Shown here: one piece after another, positions 20,036-29,067 of the stretch
Layout: each line of letters opens with the position of its first letter
Numbering within the stretch: position 1 is the first letter of the stretch
From: a virus
IMG/VR virus record: IMGVR_UViG_3300025101_000019
Location: 109,351 to 173,350 of that record
Reading direction: 5' to 3' (one strand)
DNA length: 64,000 nt
Made by a program: the position numbers and the translations under genes
Notes under the pieces: generated by a model
What the model saw: only the letters and a program-made list of their open reading frames with translations
Databases searched by the model: none
What the model was told of the DNA's origin: nothing

Positions 20036-20466
20036 TTTTTTATTTCTTTTTTATCTAACCCATATTTTAACAATATTTCAGTAATATCGTCTTTACTAAG
20101 TATTTCAAGATAGTCTCTGACTTCTCTTTGTGATACTGAGTAGTACTTTGCAAGATACTCCAACACATTGGAATTATACTTGTCATCTTTTTTACCTTTT
20201 ATGTATTTGTCAAAAGACCTTTTCTTTGGTAAAAAATCAAGATACATTTTATAAACATCTCTTGGACTGAGTTGACCAATAGTAAACTTTTGTAGCTCGT
20301 TAACCAACTCCAATAATCCCATATTCATAGACAAAAACCTATTGACCATAAATGGTTCAAAGGTTTTTTTATCCATAACTGAAAGACTATCCCAAGAAGT
20401 TTTTGACTCCTTAAGTCCAGATAGATGTTGAAATAATGTCTTAGCCTTCTTGGTTGTCGCCATCAA
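20023..20466 (-). CDS. Clamp loader small subunit (gp62-like)
   Basis: PFMVNRFLS, LPKKRSF.KY, YYSVS.RE..YL. Confidence 0.8.
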   Translation of the reverse strand: MMATTKKAKTLFQHLSGLKESKTSWDSLSVMDKKTFEPFMVNRFLSMNMGLLELVNELQKFTIGQLSPRDVYKMYLDFLPKKRSFDKYIKGKKDDKYNSNVLEYLAKYYSVSQREVRDYLEILSKDDITEILLKYGLDKKEIKKWLK

Positions 20467-20731
20467 TTAGTTCTTTCGGTGTAAATTTAGGATGAACAGT
20501 TCCACAATTGTTACACAATACAACAGGTATTGGTAACATTGATGCTACACCATTTGGTGATTGTACTGCTGGTACTTCTTTATACATTGTTACTTCGTCA
20601 AAAAATATCCCACCACACTCAGGACAACTTACTGTCTCTAATTTTCTTGGGTCAAGTTTTAATTGAGGTTGTTGTTGTGGGTTTTGTTGACCACCCAAGT
20701 TAACAACTTTACCTTTTCCTTTTTTTGCCAT
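20441..20731 (-). CDS. Zinc-ribbon protein
   Basis: CPECG ... CNNCG. Confidence 0.7.
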   Translation of the reverse strand: MAKKGKGKVVNLGGQQNPQQQPQLKLDPRKLETVSCPECGGIFFDEVTMYKEVPAVQSPNGVASMLPIPVVLCNNCGTVHPKFTPKELIDGDNQEG

Positions 20732-20734
20732 AAT

Positions 20735-21655
20735 TTATTTTCCTAATGTCATTAAAATAGTTAATACCATAGCCATCACATTGATTTCTTTATCAACTAC
20801 CATGGAGTCTTTGTACTGACCCTCGGCTATATTTAAAATAGTGTGTCCGACTTTACCATTTGCATATGAATCTACTTCATCATAAAGTGCTCTATACAAT
20901 GGTGTAAAGTCTTTCACTTTTGAATCTGCAATAATTTGTCTGATTGTGTTGAACTTTGTTTTCATTTCACCACTCTCTTGTAAAACTTTTATTACATCTT
21001 CAGTATAGTTCGCCTGAATTGTAGAGGTTGTATCTATTTGTAATTCACCTTTGACAACTTGTCTTTGTGCTGAATTTAGAACTCTACGAATGTCAGGATA
21101 ACCACTATTGACCAAAATTGCCAAGTCTTCTTTTTCAAACTTAACTGATTCCTCGTTTAGTATATCAAACAATCTTTTTGCCACTTCTTTTTTAGAAGGT
21201 GGTGTTATTGCGAATGTTTGACAACGAGATTGAATCGGGTCAATAATTTTCTCTACATAGTTACAAGTTAAAATGAACCTTGTAGATTTACTAAAAGTTT
21301 CCATAAGATTACGAAGTGCTGCCTGTGCATTTGGTGTCAAATAATCAGCTTCGTCTAATATGATAACTTTCCACTTTCTGAAACCCATTGATGATGCGAA
21401 TCCACGAATCTTGTCACGAACTGCGTCAACTGAGTTTTCATCAGAAGCGTTAATATACATCAAATCACAATCAATCTGATTTGTGATTATCTTTGCGAGG
21501 GTAGTCTTACCAGTTCCTGCAACTCCATAGAGTAACAAGTGAGGTACATCCTCATTTTCAATGTATATTTTTACTTTGTCTAATATATGTTGATTACCAA
21601 CATATCCATCTAATGTATCGGGTCTGTATTTTTCAACCCATAGTGAATTGCTCAT
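20735..21655 (-). CDS. Clamp loader ATPase subunit (gp44/RFC-like)
   Basis: WVEKYRP, GVAGTGKT, DEAD, SRC. Confidence 0.95.
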   Translation of the reverse strand: MSNSLWVEKYRPDTLDGYVGNQHILDKVKIYIENEDVPHLLLYGVAGTGKTTLAKIITNQIDCDLMYINASDENSVDAVRDKIRGFASSMGFRKWKVIILDEADYLTPNAQAALRNLMETFSKSTRFILTCNYVEKIIDPIQSRCQTFAITPPSKKEVAKRLFDILNEESVKFEKEDLAILVNSGYPDIRRVLNSAQRQVVKGELQIDTTSTIQANYTEDVIKVLQESGEMKTKFNTIRQIIADSKVKDFTPLYRALYDEVDSYANGKVGHTILNIAEGQYKDSMVVDKEINVMAMVLTILMTLGK

Positions 21656-22842
21656 CTACCTACTTCTTTTAAATATGTTTCTTTTGCGTTTTCCCAAGTC
21701 ATTCCAATAATATCCATGTAATACAATGTATCTGGTTTCAACCTATTCTCATCATGTAACTTAGTGTATCTTCTAATAGCTTTCTTCTTCCACCATCTGA
21801 TTGTGTAATCATCACCTTCTTCGAACTTCTTTTTCATCTTCAACTGACTTTCATCAATCTCGTTTCTTAGAAACTCATTACCATTATCATACATCATTGC
21901 GAAGTATACACCTCGTTTAAATCCATGTTGATATTGTGTACTTTTGATTCCCAACTCTTTGAAAATCATAGACAATATTCTTTGTTTGATACCAGATACA
22001 GGTCCTTGGATACCTTCCTTTTGGGTTGTAACTCTTTTGTATTCATCAGCATTATGTTCTTTCATCCATTGATGCCAGATATCGTAAAATTGATTATCAG
22101 GTTTAGTAGAAACTTTACCTGTCGATTCACCTAATGTTTTGAAATGTGGTATTCCATTATATTGTGAATGGATTCCATAAAGAGAAGTTGTACCAACTGC
22201 GATTAGAGTTTGTCCATACTTTTCTTTCCACAAATCTCTGAATGTAGGTGAAGTGGTCAATGCCGAAACAAGTTTACCACCTAAGAAGTTATATCCCAAA
22301 GGTTGTGTTGCGATGATAGATGTACCAATTGTAGTATGATTCAACTTACCATCTTTAAACTTGTTTTCTTTATCCCACCCAATGTATTTATCACGAACAC
22401 CTAAAGATGTTACATCAGAACCAAGTGATATTACACCAAGTACTTTACCACTTTTTCGGTCTTTAGCAAATGCTTTTATATTACGACCTGGATTAGCAGT
22501 AAACTCCATTGATGAAATACACTTTCGGATGTCAGTCCACTTTGCAGTCCCTGCAGAATCTACGATTAAGTCTACATAAGGTTCTAACTCTTCAATTTCT
22601 TTAATAGTCTGTTCCTTGTTGTAGATGTCAGTTGGAGTCCAAATCATATCATAAGACTTTGCAAGACTTGGTTTTCTTGCCATAGACTTAGGTAGGTCTG
22701 AGTTCCACTCCTGCCACTTTTTATAAAGAGTTTGTTCCTCAACTGGCATACTTGATAGGTATTCCATATTGTCGATGAATCGTTTTCTCTCTACATCATA
22801 GTCAAAGACTGGTGCCGCTGGTTCTGTGTCCCAAAATTGCAT
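21652..22842 (-). CDS. DUF4338/Druantia DruA-like GNAT-related protein
   Basis: PGR, RD.YIGW, PLGYNFLGGKL, TTSLYG..SQYN, LGES.G motifs. Confidence 0.75.
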   Translation of the reverse strand: MQFWDTEPAAPVFDYDVERKRFIDNMEYLSSMPVEEQTLYKKWQEWNSDLPKSMARKPSLAKSYDMIWTPTDIYNKEQTIKEIEELEPYVDLIVDSAGTAKWTDIRKCISSMEFTANPGRNIKAFAKDRKSGKVLGVISLGSDVTSLGVRDKYIGWDKENKFKDGKLNHTTIGTSIIATQPLGYNFLGGKLVSALTTSPTFRDLWKEKYGQTLIAVGTTSLYGIHSQYNGIPHFKTLGESTGKVSTKPDNQFYDIWHQWMKEHNADEYKRVTTQKEGIQGPVSGIKQRILSMIFKELGIKSTQYQHGFKRGVYFAMMYDNGNEFLRNEIDESQLKMKKKFEEGDDYTIRWWKKKAIRRYTKLHDENRLKPDTLYYMDIIGMTWENAKETYLKEVGR

Positions 22843-23537
22843 TACTTAATCTCCACTAAATAATAGTTAGACTTAAATCCATCATTTTCAAATGAAACAT
22901 GAGCTAATCCATTTGGTGAAATCTTCAATGAAGATGATTTTGCACCCTTGTTAGCATTAAGGATTTCCTTTAAGTACTTAGCTGAGAATGATATTGGTTC
23001 TACATCACCATCACACTCACATTCTACATTGATTGAGATTCTGTTAGAGTTAATCTTTGAATAACCTAAGATTACTTCACCTTTGTTACTTTTACAACTA
23101 AATGTAAATGTATCTGAATCAGATAATGCACCTTTAGACTTTACGAATTTGTTTACGAAGTCATTGTCCATTTTGATAGTAGATGTAAAATCAGGTAATT
23201 GTTTCAAATCTGGAACAACAGGTATTACAGAAAGGTCAGCCAACATATAGTTTACTGAAGTACCTTTATCTGAGAACACAAGTGCTGCGTCACCTTCTTT
23301 TACACTAATATCTGAATCTAATACAGATAATAGTCCTTTTAATTGAGATGTAGTGTAAACACCATACTCTCCATTTGGAAAGTCTTTGTTATCACTACTT
23401 ACATTTCCTAATAGGGTCTTATCATCAGAAATGAATTTTACTGACAACCCTGCATCTGTTGAATCAATCTTTACTGATTCTACCTCACCACCCAAATTAT
23501 ATCGAGTAATGAACCCTTCAAACGAGCTTTTTTTCAT
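22842..23537 (-). CDS. Sliding clamp (gp45-like)
   Basis: Size, beta-rich two-domain pattern, position between PolB and clamp loader. Confidence 0.8.
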   Translation of the reverse strand: MKKSSFEGFITRYNLGGEVESVKIDSTDAGLSVKFISDDKTLLGNVSSDNKDFPNGEYGVYTTSQLKGLLSVLDSDISVKEGDAALVFSDKGTSVNYMLADLSVIPVVPDLKQLPDFTSTIKMDNDFVNKFVKSKGALSDSDTFTFSCKSNKGEVILGYSKINSNRISINVECECDGDVEPISFSAKYLKEILNANKGAKSSSLKISPNGLAHVSFENDGFKSNYYLVEIK

Positions 23538-23569
23538 AATTTACTTTTTACTATTGATTTATTATTATA

Positions 23570-23601
23570 CTAATATACGAAATTTATTTTTAAAATCCAA
23601 A
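23570..23601 (-). promoter_or_regulatory. Bacteroidota sigma70-type promoter for clamp operon
   Basis: TTTG-N20-TATATTAG. Confidence 0.75.
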
Positions 23602-24204
23602 CCATTTTAACATTTTTAATCGTCTTTTTTTGAAATGGTATATATAAATGTTTTTTGGTTTGGTCTTTTCATACTTTGCTTTACCATTTTCAAGTGCTTT
23701 TCTAATCTCTAACGCAAATGGTTTAAACTTACCATTATGTTTAGTTCTAATCGTTTTATCGTGATATCTAAATCCATTATACATAATAACACGACCTGGT
23801 TGAGTTTCACCTTTAAATTCAAAGTTTGTAGCTTTGTAAACCACACCCTCGTGTCCAAATGATTTATCTGCATATGATATAATCATATCTAAATCGGTGT
23901 TTCTCTGTAACCATCTAAGAGTCGAACCTATAAAGTAAGACTCTGTATTTTTAGGTGTATCATCTACACAAACTAATCTTTTTAATTCTAATATTTTATC
24001 AGGATTATTTGTATACTTTTGTTCTACTCCACCCATTCCAATCTTACCATATACAATTGCCCCAATCATATTGTTACCATCCATTAACTTAAAACAATAT
24101 GAAGTTTTTAATCCATTCATATTTTTAGAGTAATGGTATTTTTCAATAAAATCAACTACTTGACTTCTTGGACACTTTTCAACTATGTAATTTGTTACAC
24201 TCAT
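23590..24204 (-). CDS. Mom-family adenine-modification (GNAT) protein 1
   Basis: HYS, ELKRL, N.ES.FI, SYAD, HEGVVYKATNF. Confidence 0.8.
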   Translation of the reverse strand: MSVTNYIVEKCPRSQVVDFIEKYHYSKNMNGLKTSYCFKLMDGNNMIGAIVYGKIGMGGVEQKYTNNPDKILELKRLVCVDDTPKNTESYFIGSTLRWLQRNTDLDMIISYADKSFGHEGVVYKATNFEFKGETQPGRVIMYNGFRYHDKTIRTKHNGKFKPFALEIRKALENGKAKYEKTKPKNIYIYHFKKRRLKMLKWFGF

Positions 24205-26720
24205 TAAAATCCAAAAAATTCTGAAGCTTTATTTAGATTTGGATTTGGTTTCTCCCAATCCATAGCTTTATAGAAGTCATCAAGTTTATTTTCTAACTCC
24301 TTTTCCCAAATTTTATCGTAGTCAATATATTGTTCTACAAGATTTAAAATCTGAGGTGGGTCATTGTGACCTTTTAGTCCTGTCGTATCTAATCCGAGAG
24401 GATTCTTTTTCAAATATACCCACTTAATCTTATCACCATCTTTCATTGGTTCGTACTTGTATGGTACTTTATAGAAAGCAAGTAATTGATTATATGTTAT
24501 TGCTGCCTTAACATGCGCAGGTGACCCCTTTTGGAATTCACCTAATACTTGTGTCTTTGTTGTATACTTACTCATACCTTTGACCGCTGAGTTCTTTGCG
24601 ATATCAATGAATGGTCGGTCTTCCATACCTTTTTTGTAATCAAGAATCTTAGTATCAATCTCCTTTTTATCAACCGACCTTAGAATATCTAACAAAACAG
24701 TCTTCATAACTTCCTTAAAATATGTTGGGAATGAACTTCTTTTTACATCCAATCCTTTCACATCTAACTTATCACAATCAACTTCATTATCATTGATAAT
24801 CCATTGTGCGTATCTTTTCTTTGATACCCAAAACCCACCCTTTGCAATCGTTTCTTGTTTAATATCAAATTTATGTGTATCGATGTTAAATAACTTTTTT
24901 GCCATCGTATCATAAACTTTGTTGATATGACCTTCGACTTCTTTTGCTGCGGATATAATCGCAGGAATCATTTCTTCATCCGACTCTTCATTAAGTTGTG
25001 GATTCCTAGCTTTTACTAACGGCGCTGCTTGATAAAAAACAGAATCAGTATCGGTATAAACATTGTAGTCATCTTCTTTTCCTATTACTTTTGAATAATA
25101 TTGATTTGCAATCAACTCAGTTGTTTTAATTACAGTTTGACCTGTAATTGTAGTTGCTTCTGCGTTATCCACATCGTAGAATCTGAATGATGGTAATCCC
25201 AACACCCCATACAATGAGTTTAACATAATCTTTTGTACTAATTGTCGTTTACCATAAAACTTGTATTGTTCGTCATTACCTTCTTTACCATACTTTTTCA
25301 TCAAGTCTTTGTATTCAACTCGTTTGTCAAACCAAACACTTAGTATTTCAGGTATAACTCCAACTTTATCTGTTCTATATAAAACACCATTTGCAGCAAC
25401 AGAGTATCTATTCTTTTCAATAAACTTTAGAAATTTATCTTTAGGTAGTGGTGGAAACTCATTACCCTCATCATCCAAAATAGAGTAAGTATCAATCTTA
25501 CCTCTCATATGGTCTTCTGCTACATAATTCTTAAGTTTACCAATCTTAGTTTCAGGTGAGATATTGATACTCATAATGATTGATGGATATAGTGATGTTA
25601 AATCCAAATCATAAACCCATTTGTAAAGACCAGGTTTTGGTTCTTTTACATATGCGCCTGTAAACTTCCCTTCACCATCAGACCCATCTGCGTTTCGTTT
25701 CTTTCTCCATGGTTTATTGGGTGCTACCCTACCACTCCTTCTAAGGAATGTAAGAATAGCTCCCTCTAACCATTTAGATGAAAACAGAAAGTCTTCGTAG
25801 AACACATGACCTGTATGACATATTGCCCTTGCTAAGTCAATGAATTGTAATTTCTTATCCAAGTCAACTACCAACTCAACATCAACTAAGTTATACTCAA
25901 TAAACTTTTCAATATCATCTCTGAATAGTTGGTCTAAGTTTCCTTCATACTCAATCTTACCTCGACCTAACTCAATTGTTGCAACAGTATCTAATCGATA
26001 GTTGGGTAGTTCTGTAAAGTTATAACACTTATATAAAGCGAGATAATCTAATGCAGATACTCCTGCAATAATATATCTGTTTCTGTACTTGTTGTATGAT
26101 ACTTTACCAATTGGTGATAATTGATTTGCATATTGTTGACCGAATAGTAGTTTATATCTATTGTAAAGATATGTAACATCAAAGAAATCAATATTCCACC
26201 CCGTTACAATAGTTGGATTTATCTCTCTCCACTTGGACATAAACGCTGATAATAATCCCTCTTCAGTATCAAATGATTCTACCTTTGCACCTTTGATTGT
26301 TTTATCAATCTTTTCACCTTTGTTAACTACATAGACAAAATAGTCATTTGTAATTGAGTCATGTGCTGCGATTGAAGTAATTGCGTTACTTGCAGTTTCA
26401 ATATCAGGCAACCCACTATTCATTTCAACCTCAATATCAAATGTTAGAATTGTATGTCCTGTTGATAGTTCGTCTGAATCACCATACTCATCAATTAGAA
26501 ACCTCGTCATTTCATTAACATCAGACTCATATAATTTTAAGTCATCATCTTGTTTCCAATAATTTAATTTCTTAAGTCGTTCACCATGAATGGATTGATG
26601 TGCTCCATTACCATCTCTTACATAGGCGTACCTACGATACTTAGATGTAAAGTAACCTTTTTCATCATCCCAACAATGGATGATAGACTTTTCTTTTTCG
26701 AAGAATACATTTTGATACAT
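24204..26720 (-). CDS. Family B DNA polymerase (gp43-like)
   Basis: FDIE exonuclease, DLTSLYPS, KIMLNSLYG, YTDTDS, KKRY. Confidence 0.97.
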   Translation of the reverse strand: MYQNVFFEKEKSIIHCWDDEKGYFTSKYRRYAYVRDGNGAHQSIHGERLKKLNYWKQDDDLKLYESDVNEMTRFLIDEYGDSDELSTGHTILTFDIEVEMNSGLPDIETASNAITSIAAHDSITNDYFVYVVNKGEKIDKTIKGAKVESFDTEEGLLSAFMSKWREINPTIVTGWNIDFFDVTYLYNRYKLLFGQQYANQLSPIGKVSYNKYRNRYIIAGVSALDYLALYKCYNFTELPNYRLDTVATIELGRGKIEYEGNLDQLFRDDIEKFIEYNLVDVELVVDLDKKLQFIDLARAICHTGHVFYEDFLFSSKWLEGAILTFLRRSGRVAPNKPWRKKRNADGSDGEGKFTGAYVKEPKPGLYKWVYDLDLTSLYPSIIMSINISPETKIGKLKNYVAEDHMRGKIDTYSILDDEGNEFPPLPKDKFLKFIEKNRYSVAANGVLYRTDKVGVIPEILSVWFDKRVEYKDLMKKYGKEGNDEQYKFYGKRQLVQKIMLNSLYGVLGLPSFRFYDVDNAEATTITGQTVIKTTELIANQYYSKVIGKEDDYNVYTDTDSVFYQAAPLVKARNPQLNEESDEEMIPAIISAAKEVEGHINKVYDTMAKKLFNIDTHKFDIKQETIAKGGFWVSKKRYAQWIINDNEVDCDKLDVKGLDVKRSSFPTYFKEVMKTVLLDILRSVDKKEIDTKILDYKKGMEDRPFIDIAKNSAVKGMSKYTTKTQVLGEFQKGSPAHVKAAITYNQLLAFYKVPYKYEPMKDGDKIKWVYLKKNPLGLDTTGLKGHNDPPQILNLVEQYIDYDKIWEKELENKLDDFYKAMDWEKPNPNLNKASEFFGF

Positions 26721-26724
26721 ATGT

Positions 26725-26756
26725 TAAATATACGAAATTATTTTGACTTTACCAAA
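26725..26756 (-). promoter_or_regulatory. Bacteroidota sigma70-type promoter for PolB
   Basis: TTTG-N20-TATATTTA. Confidence 0.72.
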
Positions 26757-27537
26757 AGTTAACTGCGTTTTCTGGCGTATAAGTTTCATGTTTTTCAATA
26801 GGTGGTAAAAACTCCTCAGGGTCTTTTGGATACGGACTTGTTTTATGTTTTAACATCTTACTAAGTTTTCGTTTCTCAGATTTGTTTTGACCTAAGATTT
26901 GAATGTACCTATGTTTAGGTGCTTCTTTCTTTCGCCAAAAACATGATTTGTTTTGTTTACCTATTTCTGTTTTTAAGTGTTCTACATTATGTGAACCCCA
27001 TTTTGAGAATACAGTTCTCGAATGAATCCAATTGTAAGGATTTTCAGTTAGTGATACTGAATAGTTTGGCATTAGTTGTATATCACGACAATCTTGATAT
27101 AACCAATTAGTTGCTTGGTAAATGCCACCGAGGTGTAATTGTTCAGGGTCTGCGTAACTCAATAACATCTTAATATTTGGTGCATTTTCTCTCATCCATT
27201 TAAAAGACTGACCCATTGAGTATGATTCTACATTTGAACCATATCCATCGTGTATAAACAATCTTGTCAATTCTAAACACTCATCTTTTTCTAAACCATC
27301 AATTACAGACTTAATCGCTGAACGACCTACGGGATATCCATATACCAAACAACCAATTAGTTTTTCACTACCAAAAAACTCACCATCACCTTTGTAATAC
27401 ACACCAAGTGCGTATCTACACATTGTCCATGCGTGAGAGTAGTGATACTTCACTATCATATGTTTTGCAACACTTTTATTGATTTCTCTGATTGAAACCT
27501 TTGAGGCGTCTACATAATGTTTATTAGGTTCTTTCAA
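26749..27537 (-). CDS. Mom-family adenine-modification (GNAT) protein 2
   Basis: HYS, ELTRL, NVES, SYADP, HLGGIYQATNW, KHRY. Confidence 0.8.
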   Translation of the reverse strand: MKEPNKHYVDASKVSIREINKSVAKHMIVKYHYSHAWTMCRYALGVYYKGDGEFFGSEKLIGCLVYGYPVGRSAIKSVIDGLEKDECLELTRLFIHDGYGSNVESYSMGQSFKWMRENAPNIKMLLSYADPEQLHLGGIYQATNWLYQDCRDIQLMPNYSVSLTENPYNWIHSRTVFSKWGSHNVEHLKTEIGKQNKSCFWRKKEAPKHRYIQILGQNKSEKRKLSKMLKHKTSPYPKDPEEFLPPIEKHETYTPENAVNFW

Positions 27538-28276
27538 TTGGTTCTAATTTTTTTATTTCTTCTTCAAATAACTCACCCTGTTTAGGATATGGTAGTGAAG
27601 GATATTTTAAACTCTTTAATATACGACTTTTTTTTGACTTATCCAAAATATAAATGTATCGATGCTTTCTTGGTTCTTTTTTAATCCAAAAAGTTTTACC
27701 AATTACCTTTTGTATTTTGGTGGGGTTATTAGTTCCATAATATGGAAATATTGTTCTACCATGTTGCCACTCCCCATTTTCTTCAAACTTAAATAACCAA
27801 CTATCATTTGGTCTTATTCTATTTCCTTGGTATACCCAATTAGTTGACTGATATACAGTTCCTAAATGACCTGCTTTGGGGTCTGAGTATGAAATTAATC
27901 CTTTGATGTGTTTTGCGTAGGTTCTTAACCACTTAAATGTTTGACCTACAAACCAACTTTCAATGTTACATCCGTATCCATCAAATACAAATAATCTTGT
28001 AAGTTCTAATACTTCTTTTCTATCCAATAACTCTGATATTGATTGCCCAGAGTGTCTTCCGATTGGGTCACCATATGTTGCAACACCGATTAACTTATCT
28101 GTCGATGAAAAGAAAGAGTGTGAGTTATCCTCAATATACAATCCCAAACAATAACTAACCTTTGTCCATATACCACTATAATGGTTTTTTATGATAATGT
28201 CCTTTGCTACTGATTTTGAGATAGGTCTTACGGATAACTTTGAAATATCTGTATACTCTTTCCCTTTAATTTTCAT
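27524..28276 (-). CDS. Mom-family adenine-modification (GNAT) protein 3
   Basis: HYS, ELTRL, NIESWF, SYSDP, HLGTVYQSTNW, KHRY. Confidence 0.8.
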   Translation of the reverse strand: MKIKGKEYTDISKLSVRPISKSVAKDIIIKNHYSGIWTKVSYCLGLYIEDNSHSFFSSTDKLIGVATYGDPIGRHSGQSISELLDRKEVLELTRLFVFDGYGCNIESWFVGQTFKWLRTYAKHIKGLISYSDPKAGHLGTVYQSTNWVYQGNRIRPNDSWLFKFEENGEWQHGRTIFPYYGTNNPTKIQKVIGKTFWIKKEPRKHRYIYILDKSKKSRILKSLKYPSLPYPKQGELFEEEIKKLEPIERT

Positions 28277-28476
28277 TGATACTCGTTAAACTCACCAAAT
28301 AGTAAGTGTTTCCAAGTTTCACCTCTAACAATTTTTCTTATGTTAGCAGGTGATACTCCATTGTTTCTTGCCAATACTCTAATATTACGATGACCCACTT
28401 GCCATAATTTACGAATAGACCTTACTTGTCTTTCCGTTAATTTATGTTGTGGATGTAATTCACCTCTTAATGCCAT
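28273..28476 (-). CDS. Stand-alone HTH DNA-binding protein (resembles C-terminal domain of HNH endonucleases)
   Basis: GELHPQHKLT..V..IR..LA..GVS..I..I.RG.TWKH; ATG 28476 preferred because GTG 28491 overlaps the promoter. Confidence 0.7.
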   Translation of the reverse strand: MALRGELHPQHKLTERQVRSIRKLWQVGHRNIRVLARNNGVSPANIRKIVRGETWKHLLFGEFNEYQ

Positions 28477-28490
28477 TCTAAATCTTTTCA

Positions 28491-28522
28491 CTAATATACG
28501 AAATTTATTTTAATTTTCCAAA
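28491..28522 (-). promoter_or_regulatory. Bacteroidota sigma70-type promoter for HTH-Mom-Mom operon
   Basis: TTTG-N20-TATATTAG. Confidence 0.75.
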
Positions 28523-29067
28523 ATTATATCACCACTTTTTAATCCACTTGGTTCGATATCCCATAGATTAATTGCTATTGCGTGTCTTGTACCACGAGTA
28601 ACTTTAGTAACTCTATGTGGATGGGCGCCTGCAGGGAATATAACCAGTCTATTATACTTTGGTTCTAATCTTTCAGGTTCACCATCTTGACCATGTGGAT
28701 ATATTTCAAGATAACCACCATCAATATCATTTTCCCAAGGATAGTAAACTGTTCCAATTATTGGTGTAATAATTTCGTTTGTTCTCCAGTAATGTGCTTC
28801 GTCTTTGTCAAAATGGAATGGTAGTTCATCCTTTTCTTCAAACTCCGAGTAAATGCCTGTCCAATATTCGAATCCTGTAACACTTAATGGTTCGTATGGT
28901 GAGTTCTCACCCCAAATGTATTCTATCAACCTTTTTTTAAGTGTATCGGTAGGTGAATTCCACCAACCATCCCACCACATATAACTTTTATCATTAAAAA
29001 ATGTGGTGTCATTCTTTAAATCATTCAATAGACTTTCGTCTTTTATAAAATCATCTATTACTATCAT
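28510..29067 (-). CDS. 2OG-Fe(II) oxygenase
   Basis: HFDKD, GGYL, NRLVIF, H.V..V..G.R. Confidence 0.85.
   Translation of the reverse strand: MIVIDDFIKDESLLNDLKNDTTFFNDKSYMWWDGWWNSPTDTLKKRLIEYIWGENSPYEPLSVTGFEYWTGIYSEFEEKDELPFHFDKDEAHYWRTNEIITPIIGTVYYPWENDIDGGYLEIYPHGQDGEPERLEPKYNRLVIFPAGAHPHRVTKVTRGTRHAIAINLWDIEPSGLKSGDIILEN

Noticed and set aside
23590-26760. C-terminal FGF/FW of Mom-like proteins as clamp-binding motifs
   Set aside because: These codons coincide with the TTTGG -33 promoter box, which explains them without a protein-level function
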